Positions 1-12,370 of a stretch of DNA of 47,503 nt are shown one piece after another. Position 1 is the first letter of the stretch, and the number at the start of each line of letters is the position of its first letter. Origin of the DNA: Trypethelium eluteriae (Eukaryota); assembly GCA_051942245.1 (NCBI GenBank), contig JAVECL010000129.1, forward strand, positions 1 through 47,503, read 5' to 3'. A program made the position numbers and the translations under genes. The notes below the pieces were generated by a model. That model saw only the letters and a program-made list of their open reading frames with translations. It made no database searches and was not told the origin of the DNA.

Positions 1-56
1 GGGTCGGCTGGGTAGGTAGAGGAAGAGAGCGGGCGAGTGGGAGCGGTGGGGCTCAT
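1..56 (-). CDS. Possible 5' end of a gene running off the left edge (MSPTAPTRPLSSSTYPAD...)
   Basis: ATG in a good context (cccgccATG) on the minus strand at 56, with an open frame to the window edge. Too short to assign a family. Confidence 0.3.
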   Translation of the reverse strand, partial: MSPTAPTRPLSSSTYPAD

Positions 57-1446
57 GGCGGGATTTGTTGGCTAGGGCAGCAATGCGTCAATGGGTCCAG
101 TAGCTTTCTCTTAGCCATCGTGTATGTGTCTCTTCATTCGATGACATTTGAGGGATGGGGTTGGCGAGCTTCGAAACCCACTTCGATGTATGAGTGCCTA
201 AGGACGTTACGAGAAGACACTGCATTTTATTAGTCTACGAAGACATAGAGATGAGAGGCGATATCGTGAGGCCTGATGCAGATAATACTCTCCGCGCCTT
301 CGACGAGTTGATAATAAGGAGAGTCTCAACCGATCACTTGGCACTGGGACGTGTAGAGATTACGCAGCGCGGTTCGGCTTAGATGGAAAAGTTACGGCGG
401 TTATAGAAGTGGAGCTTGGATTTTGGCAGCTATATTTAGCTACTACCAAGCTACTGCATCCATTCTAGGCGACACAAGCCCTTCCAATCTTTCCCTCTTC
501 TTCTGCTTCTGATTCCTCGATTTCGACTTTGTCTCTAATCTTAATGAATCTCGATAAACCAGTATTGAAGCAATCTCTCCAACCCTATTCCCAAATGATA
601 GTAGGAAACTTCCAGCAAAACACAATGAAAAGGACGTCCTCTCATCGGCGAGCAAAGCAGATTTCAGTAGCCCTGTTCTTCCTTTCTTTCAGCTCGAAAG
701 ACTTGGAAGATCGTAAACAGAAAACTGGTAGGTCTGCATGCTCAAGCTCCCGTTTCTTTGAACTTGTGAAACACATGAGTGGAGTCGTAGGGATCCCGTA
801 CCCGCATTGATCGAATGCTTATCCGGAGTCGAATCCCTTGATGTACAGATAAAAGCAAAACAGCTGTAAAAAAAAAAGAGCAGCAAGTCTGTCAAATTGT
901 GAGAGAGGTTGAAGTCTTGGTAACGCCATGCCCTCGCCGTCGCTAGCCCATTACAGCTCCCCGTCCGCCCATGCTAGAAGAATTCCCATGTTGCCCAATA
1001 GACTGTAAAAGAAGACAAATGAGAAGAAATATCAGCCGTCAGCGCTTGACCAGCCAAAGGAACAATGAAGTGTTTGGTTTTCCCGCAATGGAGTAGACCA
1101 GATGAGCAGGAAGAGAGCCTGTGTTTTACACAGTGCATCGATCTGTGTTCGATATGGAAAACAAAGGCGCCACCACCGTTCCCTAGAATTATGGTATAAA
1201 AAAAAGGGTGATCCTTCCTAAGACAGCTGTCCTGTGACATCCGTCCTTCGCATCGTTCTTCGAGGGATATTGTGTTGAATAGTCAAGACAAAAGAAATCG
1301 TGCCGTTGGTTAATTGAAAAGTCAATGTAATGAGTGACTGCATCCGGCTACTGGTCGCAAATACAAATTTGCAAAAGTGGCCAGCCCAGAGAAATAACGT
1401 TTGAGAAGTAAAACAGTTCATCATCATGGCGGGTAGAAATGTGTTG

Positions 1447-2652
1447 TTACATGGAGACCATGCGGAGCAGGGCCTCAGCTGCAGCGCGTTCCTGCGCGTT
1501 CTGCTTAGCGATGTTACTGGAATCGATATATACATGTTTCGAAGATTTATGGTGACGTTGATGAGTGTGAGATGATCGTCGTTCGTAGGGATGAGAGGGC
1601 TGAGACGGTGCGGATCGTGCGATATGATGATGTGTCTTGTCGTGTCGTGATGAATGCTTGGTAGATTTGGCGTGGTATGCATGGTTGTGGTGGTGGTGCC
1701 GATAGCTCTTTCCGGCTCTAGCTTTAGAATAATAGCCATTCCTAAGTGCATCAGCTCCAATAGCAGCCCAATCCTCCTCTTCTGTCTCTTCATCATCCTC
1801 GCTGGCAGGCTCTTCTTCGAAGTCAGAACCACCGTCACCGTCCAAAGACATCTTGTCTGCCTCGTGTTCGGCCATGTCCATGTCTTCAGCCGGTGGCGTC
1901 ATGACAGAATCACGAAGCCAGCTACTGCTGTTTGTGACATCCCTCTTCCCTGCCAAAACGGGATTGGAGGCTAGAGTGGAAGAGTCCACCGAAGCTGGAG
2001 GTGACACGTTCCCATGATCGAAGACCTGACGACGCGCATCGGGCGCCGGCTGTCCCTTCATTCTCGCCTCCCACCGTCCCCACCCAACCTTGTCATAAAT
2101 GACCTCTCGATCTGAGCCACCATAATACCTGCCTTCCAAGGCACTGACGATGATTCTTCGTGCCTTTGCCGGGGGTATCGAGCCGAAACCCGGAAGAGAC
2201 TGGGTCAGACAGCCGGTAATGTAACGGATCGGAACTGGCCCATTTCCAAGCAGGATGCCTGGAAGATGATGCTCTGAAAGTACAGCCGGAGTGATTGCTC
2301 CATCCGAGGCTTGCCGATCGAGATCGGCCAGCGCGCTATGAGAAAGTATGGTGCCCCGATGCGGCTGATCCTGCTGCTTCGCATGATCCACCGCGTCCTG
2401 AAGATCCACGTCGGAGTCCACGGAAACGGGAGGCTCGGTATGAACGGGGTGGGAGAAGTGAGGAGGGATGATAGGGGAGATAGAATTTGGGGGAGTAAGA
2501 AGCCCGGCGCGGCCGTGATCGTTGGGCGCGCCGAGGCCAAAGCCTTTATCGGATTCGGCGGAGAGGTGGATGGAGGTGGTAGAATTGGGTTTGGACTTGG
2601 CCGCAAGGGCAAGAGAGAGGTTGGAGATGCCGGTGGAAACAGTGGGAGCCAT
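1447..2652 (-). CDS. STB3: Stb3-like (Sin3-binding / RRPE-binding) transcriptional regulator
   Basis: Intronless ORF from the first ATG at 2652 (MAPTVS...). It contains LLTPPNSISP and the Stb3-type block ITPAVLSEHHLPGILLGNGPVPIRYI...IPPAKARRIIVSALE...YDKVGWGRW, an acidic TEEEDWAAIGADALR segment and a C-terminal QERAAAEALLRM. Confidence 0.85.
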   Translation of the reverse strand: MAPTVSTGISNLSLALAAKSKPNSTTSIHLSAESDKGFGLGAPNDHGRAGLLTPPNSISPIIPPHFSHPVHTEPPVSVDSDVDLQDAVDHAKQQDQPHRGTILSHSALADLDRQASDGAITPAVLSEHHLPGILLGNGPVPIRYITGCLTQSLPGFGSIPPAKARRIIVSALEGRYYGGSDREVIYDKVGWGRWEARMKGQPAPDARRQVFDHGNVSPPASVDSSTLASNPVLAGKRDVTNSSSWLRDSVMTPPAEDMDMAEHEADKMSLDGDGGSDFEEEPASEDDEETEEEDWAAIGADALRNGYYSKARAGKSYRHHHHNHAYHAKSTKHSSRHDKTHHHIARSAPSQPSHPYERRSSHTHQRHHKSSKHVYIDSSNIAKQNAQERAAAEALLRMVSM

Positions 2653-4073
2653 GATTTGGATATGGGCAGAAAGGAGACTGTCGCGCTCGAAGTCAGATGA
2701 GTGAGTCAGATGTACCACGGTGCTAATAGCGAAGGTTGGTGCGAAGAAGTTTTGCAGGTGGGAGCGGCGCCGAAGACAGTACAAGTATAGTCGCCGAAGT
2801 GGTACTTACATCGACTAGCGATCTGAGGACCTTGTGGAACAGCAAGAGGTTGGCGCGTTGGAGGAAGCGAAAGCTGCTCAGTCAAAGATAGAGCAGTGGC
2901 TGATCCGGAACGTTTGCGCTGTATGGCGGCGATAGCGACGACTTGAAACGGTTGACGGTCGAATGGTGGCAGTGGGAAATAGCAACGAGAGCGAAAGCAG
3001 TGGAAATTGTCAGTGGTGGTAATGAGTTGTAGAGTGGATATGGGTTGTGGATGTTGTGCAGGTGATTGTGCAGGTGATTCCAGTCTCAGGCAGGCCCGTT
3101 CCGTTGTTGTGCTGCCACACTGAGCTTTGATTGGTTACCCAGCTGTGGCTTGCTGGTGCCTCATTCGGGCGACTTGGCTTGTCCGGAGGCGACGATCGCA
3201 CCCCGTACTTGCCTATCGCTCTGCCACGCCGCACATGGGTCACCGGTTGGTTGGTGGTGATTTCTCAGTTGGTACCTTACAATTGAGTAATTACTTCGCT
3301 TTCGCGTCGCTCTTAATTGAGTTACGCGCACACGCAATATCACTACCTAGGGGTACCTTATTCTTGCTCCAAATCCCACGGATCACGACACGACTTGGCG
3401 CGTCGTGACCTGTTAGTGCCATGTCTAACAAAGAATCAAGCATTCCCATCTTCTCAGCTTTGAAGTTCTCATCGCGTATCCATCTCCCGTGACCTGTCCG
3501 TCCTTATCTCTCACCTCATCGACGCTATCTATCCCACGTTGCACCAATCAAGCCACCTTTCATGTATTGACGCGAGCTGCCTCGACACATACGCACAATA
3601 CAATAGGGTTCAAACGGACAGCTCCAGCCACAATTCGCTTCTCCTGAGGGGTCAGGGCGGGGTTGGTGCATAGAAAGGCCTTCCACAGTCTTCTGCGACT
3701 TGGTACGACAGCTGCACCATTTATGCACACCCCGCCAACACCTGCCTACATAAGCACCATTAAGCTACGGTACGGAGTAATCAGCACCATGTGCCTGACT
3801 GTGTAAGCTTCCGGTCCCGGCCGATACTCTGGCTGTTGTTGAGCGGCGTTCGGACTGCCGCTTCCGACCAGCCTGACGCCATTGCATGGTGGGTCTGAGG
3901 GCAGTCTTTGTCTGTTCCAGCATTAGCAATTTCAGAGTTGGATGCTCCAAAATTGACTGATGAGCGATGGGTGAATAACCAGATAATGGATGTTCTTGAT
4001 GACGCACCGAGTGTGATTTCGGCTGGGGTTGGATCGCTTCAAAGTATTGAATACCCACTGGGTCATTGAACTT

Positions 4074-6386
4074 CTAGCCATTCTCTCCGAGTACGTAACG
4101 ACGTACTGCCTGATTCACCAGCCTTAGCCGCGGAACGCAATCTAGACAAGAGATCACTCACTGCTTTCAGCATACCCATCTGCTGGTTAGTCCGCGCGAA
4201 GACTGCTCTGTACTGTTCCAAGCTCTCCTGTACAACATCATTCTTTGTTGCTGTACCTGCACATATTGCTTTCAGTTTGAGCTCCATCTACTAATGTATC
4301 AGCAAGACTCTCAATCTTATTCGCCCAAAGCGTAATTCTTACCTCCTTGCGTAAGAAAGGTTTACTCAGGCTTGTTTCGAAGCCGATAGTATTGTAGCCT
4401 TCCATGAGCGCTACACCAAGCGTTGTGGGTATCAATTCTTCCACGCCTGTCGTCCTCCCTCTAACTCCTAATGTTGCTCCTCCACGGCCACCTCTTCCTC
4501 GACCTCGCCCACCCCTACCGCCCCTCGTACCTCGCCCAAGTGCTTCATCATCTCCATCGGTGACTCCATCCATAGTCGCACCACCGCTACCTCGCGGACG
4601 AGTCATCACGTATGCTCGTTCCTTGATTTTGGCAATGTGCTCTGCCATGGTAGCATCGGTCCCGATACCATTCGCATCCATCAGTGCAATCAGCTCCGGC
4701 TCTGTCAGATAGCCCGGTGGCGTTGTCTTTCCCTCTGTCACCTTGGCCTCAGTAGGGAGAAATGTCTCTCCGACCGTAAATGGAGGAAGCTGCTGACTAC
4801 TTTCCCATTTGTCATACGGATAGACGTCAAGATAGTTTCTCTGAAGGACGATGAGGCCCGTCGCATGAAAGTCTTCCCCGCCGTAGTCAACCTCCACTGT
4901 GGTCGATTCGCCTTTGGCGTCCTCCGAGCAACAAGCCAAGAATCTTCGGACCACAAATTCATAGACTCTTTTCTCGTCATCGTTCAGACGATCCCTAGTA
5001 ACATAATTGACGGGGTGGATGGGTGGATGGGCCTGATCATTGTTCCTTCCGCTTCGTGGCTGGTTGAAACTGCCACTGAGCAGACCTTGAGCAAAAGGGC
5101 CCCAGGTTCCATCTTGGGTTTGTCTTTGGATGATTGCTTTCAGATCCATGCCTCGATCAAACTGATCAGTCTCTGTGCGCGGATAACTGATCCAACCTTT
5201 CTGGTATAATTCCTCCGCAACTTTCATAACTCGCTGACTATCCATCCGAAGGAATCGACTACCCATCTTCTGTAGCTCCACCGTTGTCAGAGGCAAGGGT
5301 TTCCACTTGCTCGTTGGTTTCCTCTGCATTTTAGTGACTTTGGCTGTCTTGGTTTGAAGACATCGTTCGTAGAGAACAACAACGACCATGCGGTCAAAGA
5401 GATGGACCCTCTGCCAATGGAAGTTGACATTGACTCCGTCTTTTTTATGCATGACTTTGATACTCCAGAACGTCTCTGGCTTGAAATTCTTTACCCGAAA
5501 ATATCGATCGACCACGAAACCCAGAGTAGGAAACTGGCAGGATCCGTGAAGGCTGTCAGCAAAATTAAAGTACAAAACAGATAGATCATACCATAAGAAA
5601 TGATGCCGACATCCTGCACATGGTCGATGATAGGCTTGAGGCTCTGAGTCTGCAAACGAGTGAAAGAGGACCCAGTACGAAGATCGAGCTCAATGCGCGC
5701 TGCTACTGCATTTGCTTGCTTCTCATCAAGAGGGATCGGTCGCCGAGCAGCCTGAATGATATGGCTAAAGTGCGTCAGTCATATATTTGATGCTGAGGTA
5801 ATGGCAAGTGACTAACGCCCTCTCGATATTACTGAACTTTGCTCGCATGACTTCAATGCCAGGCTTGATCTTGCGAGCGACATCTCTTATCTCGGCACCA
5901 ATGTATTCCCCTTCTCGATCGCAATCGGTCCAAATGAATAGTTTGGAGCAGTACCTGGCTTGGGTCTCGATATTTTTGGCAATTGCTTTATTGTCCTACC
6001 GTTCAAGAATTAGAACTCCAGACAGTTGCTATATCGCTTTGGAAAGAGATACTCCTTCAACGAATTTGGTGAGCCCAGCATCGAAAAGCTCCGCTGGGTT
6101 ACATGAGTTCCAAGATCTGTAACGGGAGTCAAATTCGGTCTTGATAAGGTGACCTGCCACGCTCGTCATAACGACATTGCAGCGACCCCATGGCGGGTCG
6201 AACGAATATTCGAATTCATAGTTTTTAAGCCATGCAAGTCCGGGCACGTTTCGCTGATGCCTGTCAGTCGGCCTCAAAGTATAGACCATACGCGATTCAT
6301 ACTGCTGGAACGCTTCCTCCTAAATGGTTGGCAACAGCTTTGGCAATCGATGGCTTTTCTGCCACACATAGAATCCTCGCGCCCAT
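4074..6386 (-). CDS. TOP3: DNA topoisomerase III (type IA), multi-exon
   Basis: Exon 1 starts at 6386 (MGARILCVAEKPSIAKAVA). Introns include 6254-6302 and 5996-6052. TOPRIM motif WTDCDREGE, SYGSCQFPTLGFVV, catalytic-Tyr motif ISYPRTET, QAHPPIHP, GIGTDAT. Last exon AVRRYVLGENG* with TAG at 4074-4076. Confidence 0.97.
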
Positions 6387-6609
6387 TTCTCGAAGTCGTA
6401 GTCCATTGTCGTTAGAAGAGCCAAGACGAGACGAGGTAAGAGTTTATGATCAACGCGTCTAGTCGTGGAAAAGCGCGCTTTGACAAGCAGCGGGACGAGC
6501 CGAGGTGCAGCAAGATCCCTGTACACTTCAGTGACTTCTCGGGCCAAAAACAAGGTGACGACAACAACACCCTTTGCAGAGCATTTCACGCCATACACGA
6601 AGCACAGAA
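6387..6609. promoter_or_regulatory. Compact divergent (probably bidirectional) promoter between TOP3 and the DUF1295 gene
   Basis: Only 223 bp separate the two divergent ATGs (6386 minus, 6610 plus). Confidence 0.6.
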
Positions 6610-7825
6610 ATGGCAGCTGCCGTGCCTCTGATCAGATCATTGCCGGACTGTACAGATTTCTCCAAAGTCGTACAGCCATATCTACCTCAACTCTACGCCC
6701 TTCCACAGCAATTCCTTCATTCCGCCACAAACCTCGACGACCTGAAACAACTCTATGTCTCGACGAATCCGTTGATTTTTGCCTTTGCCTTTTCACTGGC
6801 CTTGGCGCCGATCTTTCTTGTCCTTTCAGAAATTAACAAGAACTACTCTCAAGTAGACAGGTGTTGGAGCATTCTGCCAACCATCTACAATATTCATTAT
6901 GACGTATGGGCTCACATGAATGGACTACCAGCGTACAGGTTGGACAATGTCGTGGCTTTTAGCACATTATGGAGCGTAAGGATCGGCCCTATGAGCTACT
7001 GAGCACATGGATCTAACGTTACAATTTACAGCTCCGGTTGACCTTCAACTACTGGCGTAAAGGCGGCTACAAAATCGGCGTTGAAGACTACCGCTGGGAG
7101 ATCATCCGGGGCAAGGTCCACCCAGCCCTATTCTTCATCTTCAATGTGACATTCATCGCCACAATCCAGAGCGTACGTCAATTCTCACATCCTTCCTTCT
7201 GCCTTAGCCTCCTTACTCCCTTATCCGTCTCCGAGCTAACACTATCATTTTCCCCCCCCAATAGGTCCTCCTATTCACCATCACGACCCCAACCTACCTC
7301 CTCCTCCTCGCCTCCCGCGCCACCGCCACTAATACCCTCACCCCCTCCGACACCGTCTTCGTCCGTACCCTCATGTCCCTCATCCTCCTTACCTTCTTCG
7401 CCGATCAACAACAATGGGATTACCAGAATGCCAAAGCCTCCTACCGCCAGACCGCGCGCCCAACTCAACGCTTCAGCGCTGCACAGCTCGAGCGCGGCTT
7501 CGTGACGAGCGGCCTCTGGCGCTGGTCGCGGCACCCGAACTTCGCAGCCGAACAAGCGATTTGGGTGGGGCTGTACCAGTGGGGGTGCTGGGCGACGGAG
7601 ACGTACTGGAACTGGACGGGAGTAGGCGCATTGGGGTATCTGATTTTGTTCCAGGGGAGTACGTGGTTTACGGAGATTGTGAGTAAGGGGAAGTATGAGG
7701 AGTATGCGGAGTACCAGAGGAGGGTGGGCCGGTTTTTGCCGAAGGTGGCGTTGACGGGGTTTGAGGGGTGGGATGAGGATGAGGTGAAGGAGGAGAGGAA
7801 AGGGAAAGGAAAGAAGAAGGAATAG
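6610..7825 (+). CDS. DUF1295 family (steroid 5-alpha-reductase-like) membrane protein, 3 exons
   Basis: Exons 6610-6975, 7032-7172 and 7265-7825 splice in frame. Motifs NYSQVDRCWSILP, RLTFNYWRKGGY, EDYRW, ADQQQW, GLWRWSRHPNFAAEQ. The C-terminal KKKE fits a KKxx ER-retrieval signal. Confidence 0.9.
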
Positions 7826-8117
7826 AGGGGATAAAGACAGAAGCGAAATGCGTGCGGGGTACCTTGTAATGATTTGGAAGATTGGGGACTCGTGGCACCG
7901 TTTCCTTGGTATTTTCTTCCGCTTTGAGCTTGCTTAACATCTCTACAGGATTCGTTACTCTCTGTGCATCGCATCTACCTAGCGCGAGAAGTCTCGCCTA
8001 GCGTGGGTAATATTGTGAGGATTCAGAAAGCAAAAAGTTTCGACCAAAACCCCTTTCTGGACCAATTTCTGCACTGCACAACCGGGAAATCCATGAGAAC
8101 ACCAGCGACCTCCAATC

Positions 8118-8849
8118 TCACCAAGCTTCAGTCCTAGTCTTGACAAAGACTAGAAATTCGTGTCCTTCAGGGAGCTCTCCAAAAGGCCATGTATGGCCTG
8201 ATTTGCGTACCTCCTGTAGAGCTTCTAGCGGCTCTCGATGATCGACGTAAAAGTGTGTATTTACGCACAAGACAGATCCGTCCTCAACTTCGTCTTCGAA
8301 AAGCTTTCCATGGAGCTTGGCCTTTCGAACATACGAGACTGGAGAGCAAGCCATGACAGCACGAACATTATCTCCGATTAATTTTGAGTCTACCCCCTCC
8401 AAAGCCCGTCCACATGCTTGCAGTGCAATGAGTATCGTAGCCGGATGCGAGCTTAGCACCCCGAGGCCATCATGATCACCTGCATCTCTCAACTTGAGCA
8501 GTAACCCTGTCGCGAGGCGCCTACGCCAGAGCTTACGCGCAACCACGAGTTGCGTAATCCAGCAGGCTTTTCTTCCATCTAGCATCCATCTTGTTGCGCA
8601 AACATGGCCAGCTAACTTTCCATTCACCTTCACTCTGACGTAGATATTATCTGCTGCTTCCGGTAAGCACTCTGCACGCAATCGCCGGGCAGTCATCTGT
8701 ACGCGTCGACCAGCTGTCGCGAAGGTTCCCAGGTTTTTCTCTGCTTCAGCGCCCCAAATCCCATAATGTTCTGAAAAGAGTGTCGCGGCTTCGTTTAGTA
8801 CCTCAATGAGCTGGTCATCGCGAAGAACTTCAAAGTGGACGGAAGCCAT
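8118..8849 (-). CDS. GNAT-like (acyl-CoA N-acyltransferase fold) fungal protein of unknown substrate
   Basis: First ATG at 8849 (MASVHF). Beta4/motif-A-like WITQLVVARKLWRRRLATGLL. Blocks FSEHYGIWG, GVLSSHPA, FYVDHREP and WPFGELPEGHEF resemble a conserved fungal hypothetical family. Confidence 0.65.
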   Translation of the reverse strand: MASVHFEVLRDDQLIEVLNEAATLFSEHYGIWGAEAEKNLGTFATAGRRVQMTARRLRAECLPEAADNIYVRVKVNGKLAGHVCATRWMLDGRKACWITQLVVARKLWRRRLATGLLLKLRDAGDHDGLGVLSSHPATILIALQACGRALEGVDSKLIGDNVRAVMACSPVSYVRKAKLHGKLFEDEVEDGSVLCVNTHFYVDHREPLEALQEVRKSGHTWPFGELPEGHEFLVFVKTRTEAW

Positions 8850-9274
8850 GTTGGAATGTGACTGGACGAGAGTTAGAGAATTGGGTAAAGCGTGTGTGAT
8901 GGCACCGAGATACACCAAACAGTAGAGACAAGGTGGGTAGGGACGATAGATAGGTCAGTACCACCAATAAGCCCTTGAACGCAAGGCATTTGAGGAGAAT
9001 GACGTAATGGAAGCTGTGCAGTCTCAGAGGAGTCAATGTCAAAGTTTTAAGGATCTATCTGATAACAGCCTTCGATACTGGCACACGGAACATTGCATAG
9101 TTGCTTAGTGAGTCTAGAATTGAGGGCAATACGAATCGGAGTAGGGCGTACAATGCACCATTGGTTTTTCAAAAAGATAATGCGGATGGAGATGAGGCTA
9201 CATCCACAATAAGAGATCTTTCACTGTCAGAGGAACTGACTTGCACTCCACAAAAAGCTCGTAGGACAGCTTAC

Positions 9275-11157
9275 TTATGCTGCAGTCTTCAAGATAATAT
9301 CAACCGTCTTCAGGTGCTGCATAAGCTCTTCTTCATGCATCGGCCTTCCCAGAAGCTGGATCGCGCACGGCATTCCCTCACACGCTTCTGGATCATACTC
9401 TGGTCTGCGATTTACAAAAGCCCCTCCGTTACGGACATATGGTGCATCTAACTCTTTCGAAGCCTTCAGAAATGGTATCACCGCCGCCGGATACTATATT
9501 GGTCAGCGTTGCTCCAAGAAGCAGTCACAACATCAACTCACATCTAACACGTTCGCTACCACTGTATACGGCGGCAATCCATACTTATCATGTCTCTGCG
9601 CCGTTCCCGCATGCGGCACCATCACCACAGCATCCAAACTATTTTCCGCCCAAAGCTTCCGCCAAGAGGTGCGGACCTGCTCCCGCTCCGCGTTTATTTC
9701 CCACATCTCGTCCAATGAAATCTGCCAGTCCTTCATCTCCTCCATCTGCAGCGTGGCAATGGATGGGATGGGAGGCTCGCCCGAAGCCGCCATATGCTGG
9801 AAGGGCGTCATTTTGTTGTCAGTCATGAAGGCCTTCGAAGCGAGGATAAAGCCATCGTAAAGCGAAGGGATCTGTCTGTCGAGGGGCACAAGGATGTTGC
9901 CTGCTGCTGCCAGCGCTTTCGTGGCCGTCTTCAGAGCTCGCAACATGGGCGGATGGATTGGGGATTTTGGGTCCTCGGTGATGACTCCAAAGCGGAGCTT
10001 TTTGTCTTGGGTCGGCGGAGGAAGGTCCCTCCAAGGGACCGAGATGACGCCTTCATCGTACAGCCAGGGATCCGCAGCAGAAACGAGCTTGAAGATCATC
10101 TCGAGATCCCGCAGCGAGACTCCAAGGGGCCCAGCGCAGGGAGCTATGCCGGTGCGCCCCTTTCTGGTGAATTGTTGCTGGCCGGCATAGGGCAGGCGTC
10201 CGACAGTTCCTTTGAAGCCATAGATGCCGTTCACGAAAGCTGGAATACGAATGGACCCTCCGATATCGGTGCCAAGACCCAGAACGGAGCCACGCTGGGC
10301 GATAAGTGCGCCTTCACCACCGGATGAGCCACCAGCACCCAGAAATAGTTTGTGGGGATTGAGTGTCCGCCCAAAGACGTTGTTTTCGGAATCGCCAGTC
10401 TTCGGAAGATTAGCTAAAGTGTAAAATCGGACCAAAGATCGAGGAGAAATATACAAGGGAATAAGGAGGAACCAACCATCAAGGTCTGAGGAATATTCGT
10501 CTTGACATAAAACACAGCGCCGTATTTGTACAATATATCTGGTAACACAGAGTTCATGTCCGCAACAGGTTTGTCGATGAACGACACGAAACCTACGGTG
10601 GCATATTGGCCTTTGACATTGAAACAGTCCTATGCTCTTGGTTTAGCTGCATCTTGCTCTCGGCTCTGGTTTCGATGAGTAAACTCACTTTGAGGCTAAT
10701 TGGTAGGCCGTGTAGAGGTCCGATAGGCTTACCCTCGCGTTTGAGGTAAGCATCGAGGTCCTTAGCCCTCTCAATTGCTTCTTCGAAGAAGATTTCCGTA
10801 AGACAAGAAGTCTGATTCTATCAAAAATCATCCCAGATGAAACTACTGGGAAGGAGTAAATACCAATTGTTGTGCAATCGCCGCTCGCTTACAGAAAGCG
10901 ATCGTAAGCTCTTCTGCTCGAACCTCTCCAGAAGCAAGCTTTTGCACAAGATCAGTCGCATCGTATGTTTCCGTCAGCTCCAGTTCGCGCGCGGTCAGTA
11001 AGCCGCTCTCACGCGGGATAGCCAGTACATTCCGCGCAGACGTGAGACCGCCATCTTGTAGAAGATCAGTTGGAAGCCTCCAGGCAGCAGGGATCTTAGA
11101 GTTGGTTGACGCGAGTTTTGCTTGCCCCTTGGCTTTCCAATCTTCAGGAGTCGCCAT
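9275..11157 (-). CDS. Amidase-signature family enzyme (acetamidase / general amidase-like), multi-exon
   Basis: ATG at 11157 (MATPEDWKAK). AFCKRAAIAQQL, LHGLPISLK(D) split by an intron, VKTNIPQTL, signature GGSSGGEGAL and GTDIGGSIRIPA, C-terminal GMPCAIQLLGR. Confidence 0.93.
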
Positions 11158-12370
11158 TTTGGGTGTTGAAAGAATCAAGAACTGCACGATAATAGCAAGC
11201 TTTGCTGGGTGAAGATTGAGGGGAAGCTGGAAACTACTGCAGGGCAAGGGTATAATCCATGTATTCAGGTATCTCTTATTATGGAAGTTAACTGGGGAAA
11301 AAGAAAGAAATTAGATCTGGTCGGCAGCCATGAATCATCCAAGTGATGGCACCCCAGAATGTACGATAAAAGTATTCAGACGGGAGCTGCAACACTCTCA
11401 AAGACAACGACATATCTCCGTTGGTGATTTACGCATCATGGATTTCCGTTGGCAATCAAGATGCACCGCGCAAAAGGTTTCTGCACCTGGACCGAGGCTT
11501 GCAGCCTAGAAGGATTCTTCTGGGGTGGGGCCCACAAACATTTGCTGACTAATATATTTTCCACTAGAGCAGATTGGTGTTTGTTTGCGAGGCACCGCGG
11601 AAGTAATCTGGCGGAAGAGGCTGGTAAAGTGATGAGACTGAACTATTGTCTGTACGTGTCACCGTCTGAGAGCCGGTCATCATTTATTATAGAATAAACA
11701 CTGCGGCCTGGTCCAAGCCGGCCATATGAGGTATGCAAGATTGGCTGATCAGTCGAGAGAGAGTCTCAAGATATCTTTTGGGCTCTTGAAGCAGATTCAC
11801 GCTAATGGTTACCCAGGATACAGGCGTGTTCACCCATGCGTACCTACTTTAGATGCAGCCTCGAAACTCTAGTACAGTTCAGACCAGCATAAGTGTCAGG
11901 AATTTGTCGTCAAAGATGTCGCTACACATACCATTTTATTTCGGAGGTTCGACCAAGGTCCAATTTCGAGAGATCTTCAGTAGTTTTATGGAAAAGCCGT
12001 TTTCGGAATTCCGGGCTCTGATTGATTTCACCGACCGTCGCTAGGCAGACAACAGCCTACCCGCCGTTACACTCACATCTACCTCTACATAAGGCAGCAA
12101 GGTAGGTAGGTAGGTTTACCACATGCATACATGACATGGTTCTGTTCCGATCGCACAGCCACGCGGTACAGCCGACCTCTTCCACAGCAGTGGGTAGAAT
12201 AGAATGGAGTAGGCGATGGCAGAGATTGAACTTACTGAATATTATCCCTCATTGCTCCAACTCTAACTGTCTCCCACACCATGCACCTTTCATTTTCTCT
12301 CTTTACTCTACACACTTCAGATTACAGAAGAAAATTTCGTATCCTTTTGTTCGAAAATCCATCCCTTGAA

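Noticed and set aside
1218..2704. Overlapping ORFs such as 1218-1838, 1654-1974, 2205-2612 and 2311-2700
   Set aside because: Alternative-frame or antisense shadows of the Stb3-like gene with no independent motifs.
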